Assembly: GCF_009914755.1 (NCBI RefSeq)
Contig: NC_060938.1
DNA length: 64,000 nt
Source: the human T2T-CHM13v2.0 reference genome, Homo sapiens
Direction: 5' to 3' (one strand)
The number at the start of each line of letters is the position of its first letter. Position 1 is the first letter of the stretch. Shown here piece after piece: positions 14,701 to 28,856 of this stretch. The translations under genes were made by a program, and so were the position numbers. The notes beneath the pieces were generated by a model. That model saw only the letters and a program-made list of their open reading frames with translations, was not told the origin of the DNA and searched no databases.

Positions 14701-17700
14701 AAGAATTCTCAGAAACTTCTTTGTGATGTGTGCATTCAACTCAGAGAGTTGAACTTTTCTTTTGATAGAGCAGTTTTGCAACAGACTTTTTGCAGAATCT
14801 GCAAGTGGACATTTGGGAAGCTTTGAGGCCTATGGTGGAAAATGATATACCTTCACATAAAAACCAGACAGAAGCATTTTCAGAAACTTCTTTGCGATGT
14901 TTGCATTCAACTCACAGTGTTAACCTTTATTTTCATAGAACAGTTTTGAAACACTGTTTTTGTAGCATCTGCAAGTGGTCATTTGGAGAGCTTTGAGGCC
15001 TATGGTGGAAAAGGAAATATCTCCACATAAAAACTGGACAGAAGCATTCTCAGAATCTCCTCTGTGATGTTTGCATTCAACTCACAGAGTTGAACATACC
15101 TTTTCATAGAGCAGTTTTGAAACACTCTTTTCGTAGAATCCACAAGTGGATATTTGGACTGATTTGAGGCCTTTGTTGGAAACGGGAATACCTTCACATA
15201 AAATCTAGAAAGAAGAATTCTCAGAAACTTCTTTGTGATATGTGCATTCAACTCAGAGAGTTGAACTTTTCTTTTGATAGAGCAGTTTTGAAACAGACTT
15301 TTTGTAGAATCTGCAAGTGGACATTTGGGAAGCTTTGAGGCCTATGGTGGAAAATGATATACCTTCACATAAAAAGAAGACAGAAGCATTTTCAGAAACG
15401 TCTTTGTGATGTTTGCATTCAACTCACAGAGATGAAATACCTTTTCATAGCGCAGTTTTGAAAAACTCTTTTCGTAGTATCTGCAAGGGGATATTTGGAC
15501 TGCTTTGAGGCCTTCAGTGGAAACAGAAATATCTTAACATAAAAATTAGACAGAAGCATTTTCAGAAACTTCTTGGTGATGAGGCCATTCAACTCACAGA
15601 GCTGAAGCACTCTTTTGAAGGAGCAGTTTGAAACATTCTTTTTGTAGAATCTGCAAGTGCAAAGCCAAGAGAGCTTTGAGGCCTACAGTGGAAAAGGAAA
15701 TATCTTCACATAAAAACTGGACAGAAGCATTCTCAAAAACATCTTTGTGATATTTGCATTCAACTCACAGAGTTGAAAATAACTTTTCGTAGAGCAGTTT
15801 TGAAACACTCTTTTTGTAGAATCTGCAAGAGGATATTTGGACTGCTTTAAGGACCTCGTTGGAAACGGGAATATCTTCACATAAAAACTAGACAGAAGCA
15901 TTCTCAGAAACACCTTTGTGATGGGGGCATTCAACTCAGAGAGTTGAACCTTTCTTTTGATACAGCAGTTTTGAAACACTGTTTTTATAGAATCTGCAAG
16001 TGGACATTTGGAGACTTTTGAAGCATATGGTGGAAATGGAAATACCTTCCCATGAAAACTAGACAGAAACATTCTCATTACCTACTTTGTTATGTTTGCA
16101 TTCAACTCACAGAGATGGACATACCTTTTCATAGAGCAGTTTTGGAAAACTCTTTTGGTGGAATATGCAAATGGATAATTGGAACGCTTTCAGGCCTTCG
16201 TTGGAAATGTGAATATCTTCAAATAAAAACTAGACAAAAGCATTCTCAGAAACTTCTTTGTGATGTGGGCATTCAACTCACAGACTTGAACCTTTCTTTT
16301 CATAGAGCAGTCTTGAAACACTCTTTTTGAAGAATCGGCAAGTGGACATTTGGAGAGCTTTGAGGCCTATGGTGAGAAAGAAAATATCTTCACATAAAAA
16401 CCAGACAGAAGCATTCTGAGAAACTTCTTTGTGCTGTTTGCATTCAACTCACAAAGTTGAAAATACCTTTTCATAGAGGAGTTTTGAAACACTCTTTTCG
16501 TAGAATCTGCAAGTGGATATTTGGACTGCTTTTAGGTTTTCTTTGGAAAGAGGAATATCTTTACATAAACACTTGACAGATGCATTCTCAGAAAGTTCTT
16601 TGTGATGTGTGCATTCAACTCACAGATTTGAACATATCTTGTCATAGAGCAGTTTTGAAACACTCGTTTCGTAGAATCTGCAAGTGGATATTTGGACTGC
16701 TTTGAGGCCTTCGTCGGAAACGGGAATATCTTCACATAAGAACTAGACAGAAGAATTCTGGGAAATTTCTTTGTGATGTGTGCATTCAACTCACAGAGTT
16801 GAACCTTTCTGTTGATAGAGCAGTTTGGAAACACTCTTTTCGCAAAATCTGCAGAGTGGATATTTGTACTGCTTAGAGGCCTTCGTTGGAAACGGGAATG
16901 TCTCCACATAAAAACTAGACAGAAGCATTCTCAGAAACTTCTTTGTGATCTGCACATTCAACACAAAGAGTTGAATCTTCCTTTTGATAGAGCAGTTTTT
17001 AAACACTCTTTTTGTAGAATCTGCAAGTGGACATTTGGAAAGCTTTGAGGCCTGTGGTGGAAAAGGAAATACCTTCACATAAAAACCAGATGGAAGCATT
17101 CTCAGAAACTTCTTTGTATTGTTTGCATTCAACCCACAGAGTTGAACATACCTTTTCACAGAGCAGTTTTGAAACACTCTTTTTGTACAATCTGCAAGTG
17201 GATATATGGAGTGCTTTGAGGCCTTCTTTGTAAACGGGAATATCTTCACATAAAAACTAGAGAGAAGCATTCTCAGAGCCTTCTTTGTGATGTGTGCATT
17301 CAACTCACAGAGCTGAACCTTTCTTTTGATAGAGCTGTTTTGAAGCACTGTTTTTTTAGAATCTGCAAGTGGATATATGGAGTGCTTTGAGGCCTTCTTT
17401 GTAAACGGGAATATCTTCACATAAAAACTAGAGAGAAGCATTCTCAGAGCCTTCTTTGTGATGTGTGCATTCAACTCACAGAGCTGAACCTTTCTTTTGA
17501 TAGAGCTGTTTTGAAGCACTGTTTTTTTAGAATCTGCATGTGGAAATTTTCAGAGCTTCGAGGCCTGTGGTGGAGAAGGAAATATCTTCACATAGAAACT
17601 AGACAGAAGCATTCTCAGAAATTTGTTTGTGACGTTTGCATTCAACTCACAGAGTTGAACATACCTTTTCATAGAGCAGTTTTGAAACACTCTTTTCGTA

Positions 17701-20700
17701 GGATCTGCAAATGCATATTTGGACTGCTTTGAGGCCTTCGTTGGAAAGAGGAATATCTTCACATAAAAACTAGACGGAAGCATTCTCAGAAACTTCTTTG
17801 TGATGTGTGAATTCAACTCACAGAGTTGAAGCTTCCTATTGATAGAGCAGTTTTGAAAAACCGTTTTTGTAGAATCTGCCAGTGGATATTTGGAGAGCTT
17901 TGAGGCCTACGGTGGAAAAGGAAATATCTTCACATAAAAACCAGACACAAAGATTCTCAGAAACTTCTTTGTGACGTTTGCATTCAACTCACAGAGTTGA
18001 ACACACCTTTTCATAGAGCAGTTTTGAAGCAGTCTTTTCGTAGAATCTGCAAGTGTATATTTGGAATGCTTTGAGGCCTTCCTTGTAAACGAGAATATCT
18101 TCACATAAAAACGAGACAGAAGCATTCTCAGCAACTACTTTGTGATGATTGCATTCAACTCACTGTGTTAACCTTTATTTTGATAGGGCAGTTTGGAAAC
18201 ACTGTTTTTGTAGCATCTGCAAGTGGTCATTTGGAGAGCTTTGAGGCCTATGGTGGAAAAGGAAATATCTTCACATAAAAACAGGACAGAAGCATTTTCA
18301 GAATCTCCGCTCTGATGTTTGCATGGAACTCACACAGTTGAACGTCCCTTTTCATAGAGCAGTTTTGAAACACTCTTCGTAGAATCTGCCAGTGGATATT
18401 TGGACTGATTTGAGGCCTTTGTTGGACACGGGAATATCTTCATATAAAAACTAGAAAGAAGAATTCTCAGAAACTTCTTTGTGATGTGTGCATTCAACTC
18501 AGAGAGTTGAACTTTTCTTTTGATAGAGCAGTTTTGAAACAGACTTTTTGCAGAATCTGCAAGTGGACATTTGGGAAGCTTTGAGGCCTATGGTGGAAAA
18601 TGATATACCTTCACATAAAAACCAGACAGAAGCATTTTCAGAAACTTCTTTGCGATGTTTGCATTCAACTCACAGTGTTAACCTTTATTTTCATAGAACA
18701 GTTTTGAAACACTGTTTTTGTAGCATCTGCAAGTGGTCATTTGGAGAGCTTTGAGGCCTATGGTGGAAAAGGAAATATCTCCACATAAAAACTGGACAGA
18801 AGCATTCTCAGAATCTCCTCTGTGATGTTTGCATTCAACTCACAGAGTTGAACATACCTTTTCATAGAGCAGTTTTGAAACACTCTTTTCGTAGAATCCA
18901 CAAGTGGATATTTGGACTGATTTGAGGCCTTTGTTGGAAACGGGAATACCTTCACATAAAATCTAGAAAGAAGAATTCTCAGAAACTTCTTTGTGATATG
19001 TGCATTCAACTCAGAGAGTTGAACTTTTCTTTTCATAGAGCAGTTTTGAAACAGACTTTTTGTAGAATCTGCAAGTGGACATTTGGGAAGCTTTGAGGCC
19101 TATGGTGGAAAATGATATACCTTCACATAAAAAGAAGACAGAAGCATTTTCAGAAACGTCTTTGTGATGAGGCCATTCAACTCACAGAGCTGAACCACTC
19201 TTTTGAAGGAGCAGTTTGAAACATTCTTTTTGTAGAATCTGCAAGTGCAAAGCCAAGAGAGCTTTGAGGCCTACAGTGGAAAAGGAAATATCTTCACATA
19301 AAAACTGGACAGAAGCATTCTCAAAAACATCTTTGTGATATTTGCATTCAACTCACAGAGTTGAAAATAACTTTTCATAGAGCAGTTTTGAAACACTCTT
19401 TTTGTAGAATCTGCAAGAGGATATTTGGACTGCTTTAAGGACCTCGTTGGAAACGGGAATATCTTCACATAAAAACTAGACAGAAGCATTCTCAGAAACA
19501 CCTTTGTGATGGGGGCATTCAACTCAGAGAGTTGAACCTTTCTTTTGATAGAGCAGTTTTGAAACACTGTTTTTATAGAATCTGCAAGTGGACATTTGGA
19601 GACTTTTGAAGCATATGGTGGAAATGGAAATACCTTCCCATGAAAACTAGACAGAAACATTCTCATTACCTACTTTGTTATGTTTGCATTCAACTCACAG
19701 AGATGGACATACCTTTTCATAGAGCAGTTTTGGAAAACTCTTTCGGTGGAATATGCAAATGGATAATTGGAACGCTTTCAGGCCTTCGTTGGAAATGTGA
19801 ATATCTTCAAATAAAAACTAGACAAAAGCATTCTCAGAAACTTCTTTGTGATGTGGGCATTCAACTCACAGACTTGAACCTTTCTTTTCATAGAGCAGTC
19901 TTGAAACACTCTTTTTGAAGAATCGGCAAGTGGACATTTGGAGAGCTTTGAGGCCTATGGTGAGAAAGAAAATATCTTCACATAAAAGCCAGACAGAAGC
20001 ATTCTGAGAAACTTCTTTGTGCTGTTTGCATTCAACTCACAAAGTTGAAAATACCTTTTCATAGAGGAGTTTTGAAACACTCTTTTCGTAGAATCTGCAA
20101 GTGGATATTTGGACTGCTTTTAGGTTTTCTTTGGAAACAGGAATATCTTTACATAAAAACTAGACAGATGCATTCTCAGAAAGTTCTTGGTGATGTGTGC
20201 ATTCAACTCACAGATTTGAACATACCTTGTCATAGAGCAGTTTTGAAACACTCGTTTCGTAGAATCTGCAAGTGGATATTTGGACTGCTTTGAGGCCTTC
20301 GTCGGAAACGGGAATATCTTCACATAAGAACTAGACAGAAGAATTCTGGGAAATTTCTTTGTGATGTGTGCATTCAACTCACAGAGTTGAACCTTTCTGT
20401 TGATAGAGCAGTTTGGAAACACTCTTTTGGCAAAATCTGCAGAGTGGATATTTGTACTGCTTAGAGGCCTTCGTTGGAAACGGGAATGTCTCCACATAAA
20501 AACTAGACAGAAGCATTCTCAGAAACTTCTTTGTGATCTGCACATTCAACACAAAGAGTTGAATCTTCCTTTTGATAGAGCAGTTTTTAAACACTCTTTT
20601 TGTAGAATCTGCAAGTGGACATTTGGAAAGCTTTGAGGCCTGTGGTGGAAAAGGAAATACCTTCACATAAAAACCAGATGGAAGCATTCTCAGAAACTTC

Positions 20701-22129
20701 TTTGTATTGTTTGCATTCAACCCACAGAGTTGAACATACCTTTTCACAGAGCAGTTTTGAAACACTCTTTTTGTAGAATCTGCAAGTGGATATATGGAGT
20801 GCTTTGAGGCCTTCTTTGTAAACGGGAATATCTTCACATAAAAACTAGAGAGAAGCATTCTCAGAGCCTTCTTTGTGATGTGTGCATTCAACTCACGGAG
20901 CTGAACCTTTCTTTTGATAGAGCTGTTTTGAAGCACTGTTTTTTTAGAATCTGCAAGTGGATATATGGAGTGCTTTGAGGCCTTCTTTGTAAACGGGAAT
21001 ATCTTCACATAAAAACTAGAGAGAAGCATTCTCAGAGCCTTCTTTGTGATGTGTGCATTCAACTCACAGAGCTGAACCTTTCTTTTGATAGAGCTGTTTT
21101 GAAGCACTGTTTTTTTAGAATCTGCATGTGGAAATTTTCAGAGCTTCGAGGCCTGTGGTGGAGAAGGAAATATCTTCACATAGAAACTAGACAGAAGCAT
21201 TCTCAGAAATTTGTTTGTGACGTTTGCATTCAACTCACAGAGTTGAACATACCTTTTCATAGAGCAGTTTTGAAACACTCTTTTCGTAGGATCTGCAAAT
21301 GGATATTTGGACTGCTTTGAGGCCTTCGTTGGAAAGAGGAATATCTTCACATAAAAACTAGACGGAAGCATTCTCAGAAACTTCTTTGTGATGTGTGAAT
21401 TCAACTCACAGAGTTGAAGCTTTCTATTGATAGAGCAGTTTTGAAAAACCGTTTTTGTAGAATCTGCCAGTGGATATTTGGAGAGCTTTGAGGCCTACGG
21501 TGGAAAAGGAAATATCTTCACATAAAAACCAGACACAAAGATTCTCAGAAACTTCTTTGTGACGTTTGCATTCAACTCACAGAGTTGAACACACCTTTTC
21601 ATAGAGCAGTTTTGAAGCACTCTTTTCGTAGAATCTGCAAGTGTATATTTGGAATGCTTTGAGGCCTTCATTGTAAACGAGAATATCTTCACATAAAAAC
21701 GAGACAGAAGCATTCTCAGCAACTACTTTGTGATGATTGCATTCAACTCACTGTGTTAACCTTTATTTTGATAGGGCAGTTTGGAAACACTGTTTTTGTA
21801 GCATCTGTAAGTGGTCATTTGGAGAGCTTTGAGGCCTATGGTGGAAAAGGAAATATCTTCACATAAAAACAGGACAGAAGCATTTTCAGAATCTCCGCTG
21901 TGATGTTTGCATTCAACTCACAGAGTTGAACGTCCCTTTTCATAGAGCAGTTTTGAAACACTCTTCGTAGAATCTGCCAGTGGATATTTGGACTGATTTG
22001 AGGCCTTTGTTGGACACGGGAATATCTTCATATAAAAACTAGAAAGAAGAATTCTCAGAAACTTCTTTGTGATGTGTGCATTCAACTCAGAGAGTTGAAC
22101 TTTTCTTTTGATAGAGCAGTTTTGAAACA

Positions 22130-25100
22130 CTCTTTTCGTAGGATCTGCAAGTGGATATTTGGACTGCTTTGAGGCCTTCGTTGGAAAGGGGAATATCTAC
22201 ACATAAAAACTAGACAGAAGCATTCTCTGCAACTTCTTTGTTATGTCTGCATTCAACTTACAGATTTGAACCTTTCTTTTGTTAGAGCAGTTTTGAAACA
22301 CTGTTTTTGTAGAATCTGCAAGTGGACATTTGGAGAGCTTTGAAGCCTATGGTGGAAAAGGGAATATCTTCACATAAAAACTAGACAGAAGCATTCTCAG
22401 GAATTTCTTTGTGCTGTTTCCATTCAACACACAAGCGTTGAACATACCTTTACCTAGAGGAGTTTTGAAACACTCTTTTCGTAGATTCTGCAAGTTGTTA
22501 TTTTGTCTGATTTGAGGCCTTTGTTGGAAACAAGAATACCTATAAATAAAATCCAGACAGAAGCATTCTCAGAAACTACTTTGTGATGTGTCCATTCAAC
22601 TCACAGAGTTGAACCTTCCTTTTCATAGAGCATTTTTGAAACACTCTGTTTGTAGAATCTGCAAGTGGATATTTGGAGAAATTTGAGACCTATGGTAGAA
22701 AAGTAAATATTTTCATATAAAAACTAGACACAAGGATTCTCAGAAACTACTTTGTGATGTCTGCATTCAACTCACAGAGTTGAAAATTTCTTCAGATACA
22801 TCAGTTTTAAAACACTCTTCTTGTGGAATCTGCAAGTGGACATTTGGAGATCTTTGAGGCCTATGATGGAAAAGGAAATATCTTCACATAAAAACCATAC
22901 AGAAGAATTCTCAGAAACATGTTTGTGATGATTGCATTAAACTCACAGAGTTGAACATACCTTTTCATAGAGCATTTTGGAAACACTCCCTACGTAGATT
23001 CTGCAAGTGGATATTTGGACTGATTTGAGGCCTTCATTGGAAACGGCAATATCTTCACATAAAAACTAGACAGAAGCATTCTCAGAAACTTCTTTGTGGT
23101 GTTTGCATTCAACTCACAGATTTGAACATACCTTTTCATAGAGCAGTTTTGAAACACTCGTATAGCAGAATCTGCAAGTGGATATTTGGACTGCTTTGAA
23201 ACCTTTGTTGGAAACGGGAATATCTTCACATAAAAACTACACAGAAGCATGCTCAGAAACTTCTTTGTGATGTGTGCATTCAATTCACAGAGTTGAACCT
23301 TTCCTTTGATAGAGCAGTTTTGAAACACTCAATTAGTAGAATCTGTAAGTGCACATTTGGAGAGATTTGAGGCCTGTGGTCAAAATGAAATATCTTCACA
23401 TAAAAAGTAGACCGAAGCATTCTCAGAAATTTTTTTGATGTTTGCATTCAACTCACAGAGTTGAACATACCTTTTCATAGAGCAGTTTTGAAACACTTTT
23501 TTCGTAGTATCTGCAAGTGGATATTTGGACTGCTTTGAGGCAAAACGGGAATATCTTCACAGAAAAACTAGACAGAAGCATTCTCAGAAACTGCTTTGTG
23601 ATGTGTGCATTCAACTCACAGAGTTGAGCCTTTCTTTTGATAGAGTAGTTTTGAAACACTCATTTTCCAGGATCTACAAGTGGACATTTGGAGAGAATTG
23701 AGGCCTATGGTGGAAAGGAAATATCTTCACAAAAAAATTAGACAGAAGAATACTGAGAAACTTCTTTGTGATGTTTTCATTCAACTCACCGATTTGAACA
23801 CATGTTTTCTTTGAGCAGTTTTGAAGCACTCTTTTCGTAGTTTGTGCATGTGGATATTTGGAGTGCTTTGAGGCCTTCTTTGGAAACAGGAGTAACTTCA
23901 CATAAAAACTAGACAGAAGCATTCTCAGAAACTTCTTTGTCATGTGTGCATTCAAATCACATAGTTGAACGTAGCTTTTCATAGAGCAGTTTTGAAACAC
24001 TATTTTCGTAGAATCTGAAAGTGGAAATTTGGAGACCTTTAAGGCCTATGATGGAAAAGGAAATATCTTCTCATATGAACTAGACAGAAGCATTCTCAGA
24101 AACTTCTTTGTGATGTTTGCTTTCAACTCACAGAGTTGAACATACCTTTTCATATAGCACTTTTGAAAAACTCTTTTCATAGAATCTGCAAGTGGATATT
24201 TGTACTGCTTTGAGGCCTTCGTTGGAAACATCAATATCTACACATAAAAAATAGAAAGAAGCATTCTCAGAAACTTCTTTGTGATGTGTGCATTCAACTC
24301 ACAGAGTCGAACTTTTTTTTGATAAAGCAGTTTTGAAACACTCACTTTGCAGTATCTACAAGTGGACATTAGGAGAGCGCAGAGGCCAATGGTGGAAAGG
24401 AAATATCTTCACCTAAAAATTAGACAGAAGCATTCTCAGAAACTTCTTTGTTGTGTTTGCATTCAACTCTCATATTTGAACATACCTTTTCTTAGAGCTG
24501 TTTTGAAACACTTTTTTACATGAATCTGCAAGTGTATATTTGGACTGTTTTGAGGCCATCGCTGGAAACGGGAATATCTTCAAGTAAAAACTAGACAGAA
24601 GGATTCTCAGAAACTTCTTTGTGATGTGTGCACTCAACTAACAGAATTGAACCTTTCTTTTGATAGAGCAGATCAGAAGCACTCTTTTTGTAGTATCTAC
24701 AAGTGGACATTTGGAAACTTTGAGGCCTATGGTGAAAAAGGAAATATCTTCACATAAAAACCACACAGTAGCATACTAAGAAACTACTTTGTGATGTTTT
24801 CATTCAACTCCCAGAGTTGAAGATCCCTTTTCATAGAGCAGTTTTGAAACACTCTTTACGTTGATTGTGCAAATGGATATTTGGACTGCTTTGGGGCCTT
24901 CGTTGAAAACGGGAATACCAACACATACAAACTAAACAGAAGGATTCTCAGAAACTTCTTTGTGACGTGTGCATTCAACTCACAGAGTTTAACCTTTCTT
25001 TTCATAGAGCAGATTTGAAACACTGTTTTTGTAGAATCCGCAAGTGGACATTTGGAGAGCTTTGAGGCCTATGGTAGAAAATGAAATATCTTCAGATAAA

Positions 25101-28100
25101 AAATAGAAGCATTCTCAGAAACTTCTTTGTGATGTTTGCATTTACCTCACAGAGTTGAATATATTTTTTCATAGAACATTTTTGAAACACTCTTTTCGTA
25201 GAATCTGCAAGTGAACACTTAGAGAGCTTTGAGGCCTATGGTGGGAAAGGAAATATATTCACAGAAAAACAACACAGAAGCATTCTCAGAAACTTCTTTG
25301 TGATGTTTGCATTCAACTCACGGATTTGATCATACCTTTTCATAGAGCAGTTTTGAAACACTATTTACTTAGTATCTGCAAGTGGATATTTGGACTGCTT
25401 TGAGGCCTTCATTGGAAACGGGAATATCTTCACACAAAAATTAGACAGAAGAATTCTCAGAAACTTCTTTGTGATGTGTGCATTCAACTCACAGATTTGA
25501 ACATACCTTTTCATAGAGCAGTTTTGAAACACTCTTTTTGTAGAATCTGCGTGTGGATAGTTAGATTGCTTTGAGGCCTTCGTTGGAAACGGGATTATCT
25601 TCACATAAACACTAGACAGAAGCATTATCAGAAAGTTCTTTGTGATGTGTGCATTCAACTCACAGAATTGAAACTTTCTTTTGATACAGCTGTTTTGAAA
25701 CATTCTTTTTGTAGAATCTGCAAGTGGACATTTGGAGAGCTTCGAGGCCTATGGTAGAAAAGGGAATATCTTCACATAAAATCCAGGCAGAAACGTTCTC
25801 AGAAAATTCTTTGTGATGTTTGTATTCAACTCACAGAATTTAACATACCTTTTCATAGACCAGTTTTGAAACACTCTTTTCTTAATATCTGCAAGTGGAT
25901 ATTTGGATTGCTTTGGCGCCTTCATTGGAAACGGGAATATCTTCACATGAAAACTAGACAGAAACATTCTCAGAAACTTCTTTGTGTTGTGTGCATTCAA
26001 CTCATAGAGTTGAACCGTTCTTTTGATTCAGCAGCTTTGAAACACTCTTTTTGTAGAATCTGCAAGTGGACATTGTGAGAGCTTTGAGGCCTATGGTAGA
26101 AAATGAAATATCTTCACATAAAAAGTTGACAGAAGCATTCTCAGAAACTTCTTTGTGTTGCTTGCATTCAACTCACAGAGATGAAGATACCTTTGCATAG
26201 AGTAGTTTTGAAACACTGTTTTCGTAGAATCTACAAGTGGATATTTGGACTGCATTGAGGCTTTCGTTGTAAACGGGAATATGTTCACATAAAAACTAGA
26301 CAGAAGAATTCTCAGAAACTTCTTTGTGATATGTGTATTGAACTCACAGAGGTGAACCTTTCTTTTGATTGAGCAGTTTTGAAACACTCCTTTTGCAGAA
26401 TCTGCAAGTGGTCATTTGGAGAGCTTTGAGGCATTTGGTGGAAGTAAATATCTTCACATAAACATTAGACAGAAGCATTCTCAGAAACTCCTTTCTGATA
26501 CTTGCATTCAACTCACAGAGATGAACATACCTTTTCATTGAGCAGTTTTGAAACACTCTTTTCATAGAATCTGCAAGTGGATATTTGGACTGCTTTGAGG
26601 CCTTCATTGGAAACGGAAATATCTTCCCATAAAAACTACACAGAAGCATTCTCAGAAACCTCTTTGTGATGGGTGCATTCACCTCACTGAGTTGAACCTT
26701 TCTTTTGATTGAGCAGTTTTGAAACACTCATTTTGTAGGATCTGCAAGTTGACATTTGTAGAGCTTTGAGGCCTATGTTGGAAAGGAAACATCTTCACAT
26801 AAAAACTAGAAAGAAGAATTCTCAAAAACTTCTTTGTCATGTGTGCATTCAACTCACACAGTTGAACCTTTCTTTTGATAGAGCAGTTTTGAAACACTCA
26901 TATTGTAGAATCTTCAAGTGGACATTTGGAGAGCTTTGAGGGCTATGGTGGAAATGAAACATCTTCATTTAAGTACTAGACAGAAGTATTCCCAGAAACT
27001 TTTATGTGATGTTTGCATTCAATTCACACAGTTGAACATACCTTTTCATAAAGCAGTTTTGAAACACTCCTTTCGTAGAATCTGCAAGTGGATATTTGGA
27101 CTGCTTTGAGGCCTTCGTTGGAAACAGGAATATATTCACATAAAAACTAGACAGAAGCATTCTCAGAAACTTCTTTGTGATGTGTGCATTAAAATCACAG
27201 AGTTGAGCCTTTCTTTTGATAGTGCAGTTCTGAAACACTCTTTTTGTAGAATCTGCAAAATTACATTTGGAGAGCATTGAGGCCTATGGTGGAAAAGGGG
27301 ATATCTTCACATAAAAACCAGACAGAAACATTCTCACAAACTTCTTTGTGATGTTTGATTCAACACACAGAGTTGAACATACGTTTTCATAGAGTAGTTT
27401 TGAAACACACTTTTCGTAGAACCTGCAAGTGGATATTTTGATGGCATTGAGGCCTTCTTTGGAAACGGGAATATCTTCCCATAAAAACTACACAGAAACA
27501 CTCCCAGAAACTTCTTTGTGATGTGTGCATTCAACTCACAGAGTTGAACCTTCCTTTTCATAGAGCAGTTTTGAAACAATCTTTTTGAATAATCTACAAG
27601 TGGACATTTGGAGAGCTTTGAGGCATATGGTGGAAAGGAAATATCTTCACATAAAAACTAGACAGAAGCATCCTCAGAAAGTTTTTGTGATGTTTGCATT
27701 CAACTCACAGAGTAGAACATACCTTTTCACAGAGCAGTTTTGAAACACTCTATTCGTGGTATCTGCAAGTGGATATTTGGACTGCTTTGAGGCCTTCATT
27801 GGAAATGGGAATATCTTCACTTGAAAACTAGACAGAAGAATTCTGAGAATGTACTTTGTGATATGTGCCTTCAACTCACAGAGTTGAAACTTTCTTATGA
27901 TAGAGCAGTTTTGAAACACTCTTTTTGTAGAATCTGCAAGTGGACATTTGGAGAGCTTCGAGGCCTATGGTAGAAAAGGGAATATCTTCACATAAAACCC
28001 AGACCGAAGCATTCTCAGAAACTTCTTTGTGATGTTTGTATTCAACTCACAGAATTTAACATACCTTTTCATAGACCAGTTTTGAAACACTCTTTTCTTA

Positions 28101-28856
28101 ATACTACAAGTGGATATTTGGACTACTTTGAGGCCTTCATTGGAAACGGGAATATCTTCACATAAAAACTAGACAGAAACATTCTCAGAAACTTCTTTGT
28201 GATGTGTGCATTCAACACATAGAGTTGAACCTTTCTCTTGATTCAGCAGCTTTGAAAAATTCTTTTTGTAGAATCTGCAAGTGGACATTGGGAGCATTTT
28301 GAGGCCTATGGTGGAAACTGAAATATCTTCAGAAAAAAACTTGACAGAAGCATTCTCAGAAACTTCTACGTGTTGTTTGCATTCAACACACAGAGATGAA
28401 GATACCTTTTCATAGAGTAGTTTTGAAATACTGTTTTCGTAGAATTTGCAAGTGGATATTTGGACTGCTTTGAGGCCTTTGTTGTAAACGGGAATATCTT
28501 CACATAAAAACTAGACCGAAGCATTCTCAGAAACTTCTTTGTGATGTGTGTATTCAACTCAGAGAGTTGAACCTTTCTTTTGATAGATCAGTTTTGACAC
28601 ACTCATTTTGCAGAAGCTACAAGTGGTCATTTGGAGGGATTTGAGGCCTATGGTGGAAGTAAATGTCTTCACATAAACATTAGACAGAAGCATTCTCAGA
28701 AACTTTCTGATACTTGCATTCAACTCACAGAGTTGAACACACCTTTTCATAGAGCAGTTTTGAAACTTTCTTTTCATAGAATCTGCAAGTGGATATTTGG
28801 ACTGCTTTGAGGCCTTCGTTTTAAACGGGAATATCTTCACATAAAAACTAGACAGA
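22130..28856 (+). repeat. Divergent (non-homogenised) A/B alpha satellite, SF5-like
   Basis: 171-bp monomers continue with mixed CTATGGTGGAAAAGGAA and CTTC(G/A)TTGGAAACGGGA-type boxes. HOR periodicity is lost and small indels are frequent. Confidence 0.9.
25578..25594 (+). promoter_or_regulatory. Canonical CENP-B box in divergent alpha
   Basis: Exact CTTCGTTGGAAACGGGA. Core-intact variants also at 24898, 26262 and 28814. Confidence 0.85.

Larger units (their letters stand above)
1..22129 (+). repeat. Alpha-satellite HOR array, 21-monomer basic unit with 18- and 22-mer variants (SF5/R1R2-like, probably an inactive-type HOR)
   Basis: Marker ATAAAAACCAGACACAAAGATTCTC recurs at 1, 3586, 6660, 10418, 14176, 17934, 21522 (periods 3585, 3074, 3758, 3758, 3758, 3588 = 21, 18, 22, 22, 22, 21 monomers). 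Copies are near-identical. Box order in unit 1 is BABAABABABABABBBABABA. Identity to the unit stops at 22130. SF5 assignment is inferred from the irregular A/B alternation. Confidence 0.95.

Noticed and set aside
1-22129. Regular repeats resembling a CRISPR or repeat-spacer array next to a reverse transcriptase
   Set aside because: These are contiguous tandem monomers with no unique spacers, and the RT is a standard primate L1 ORF2.
614-28557. Dozens of recurring ORFs (KRKVQLCELNAHITKKFLR..., up to 242 aa), also seen throughout 35-63 kb
   Set aside because: Artefacts of translating alpha satellite: 171 bp is 57 codons, so frames repeat. No gene structure is present.
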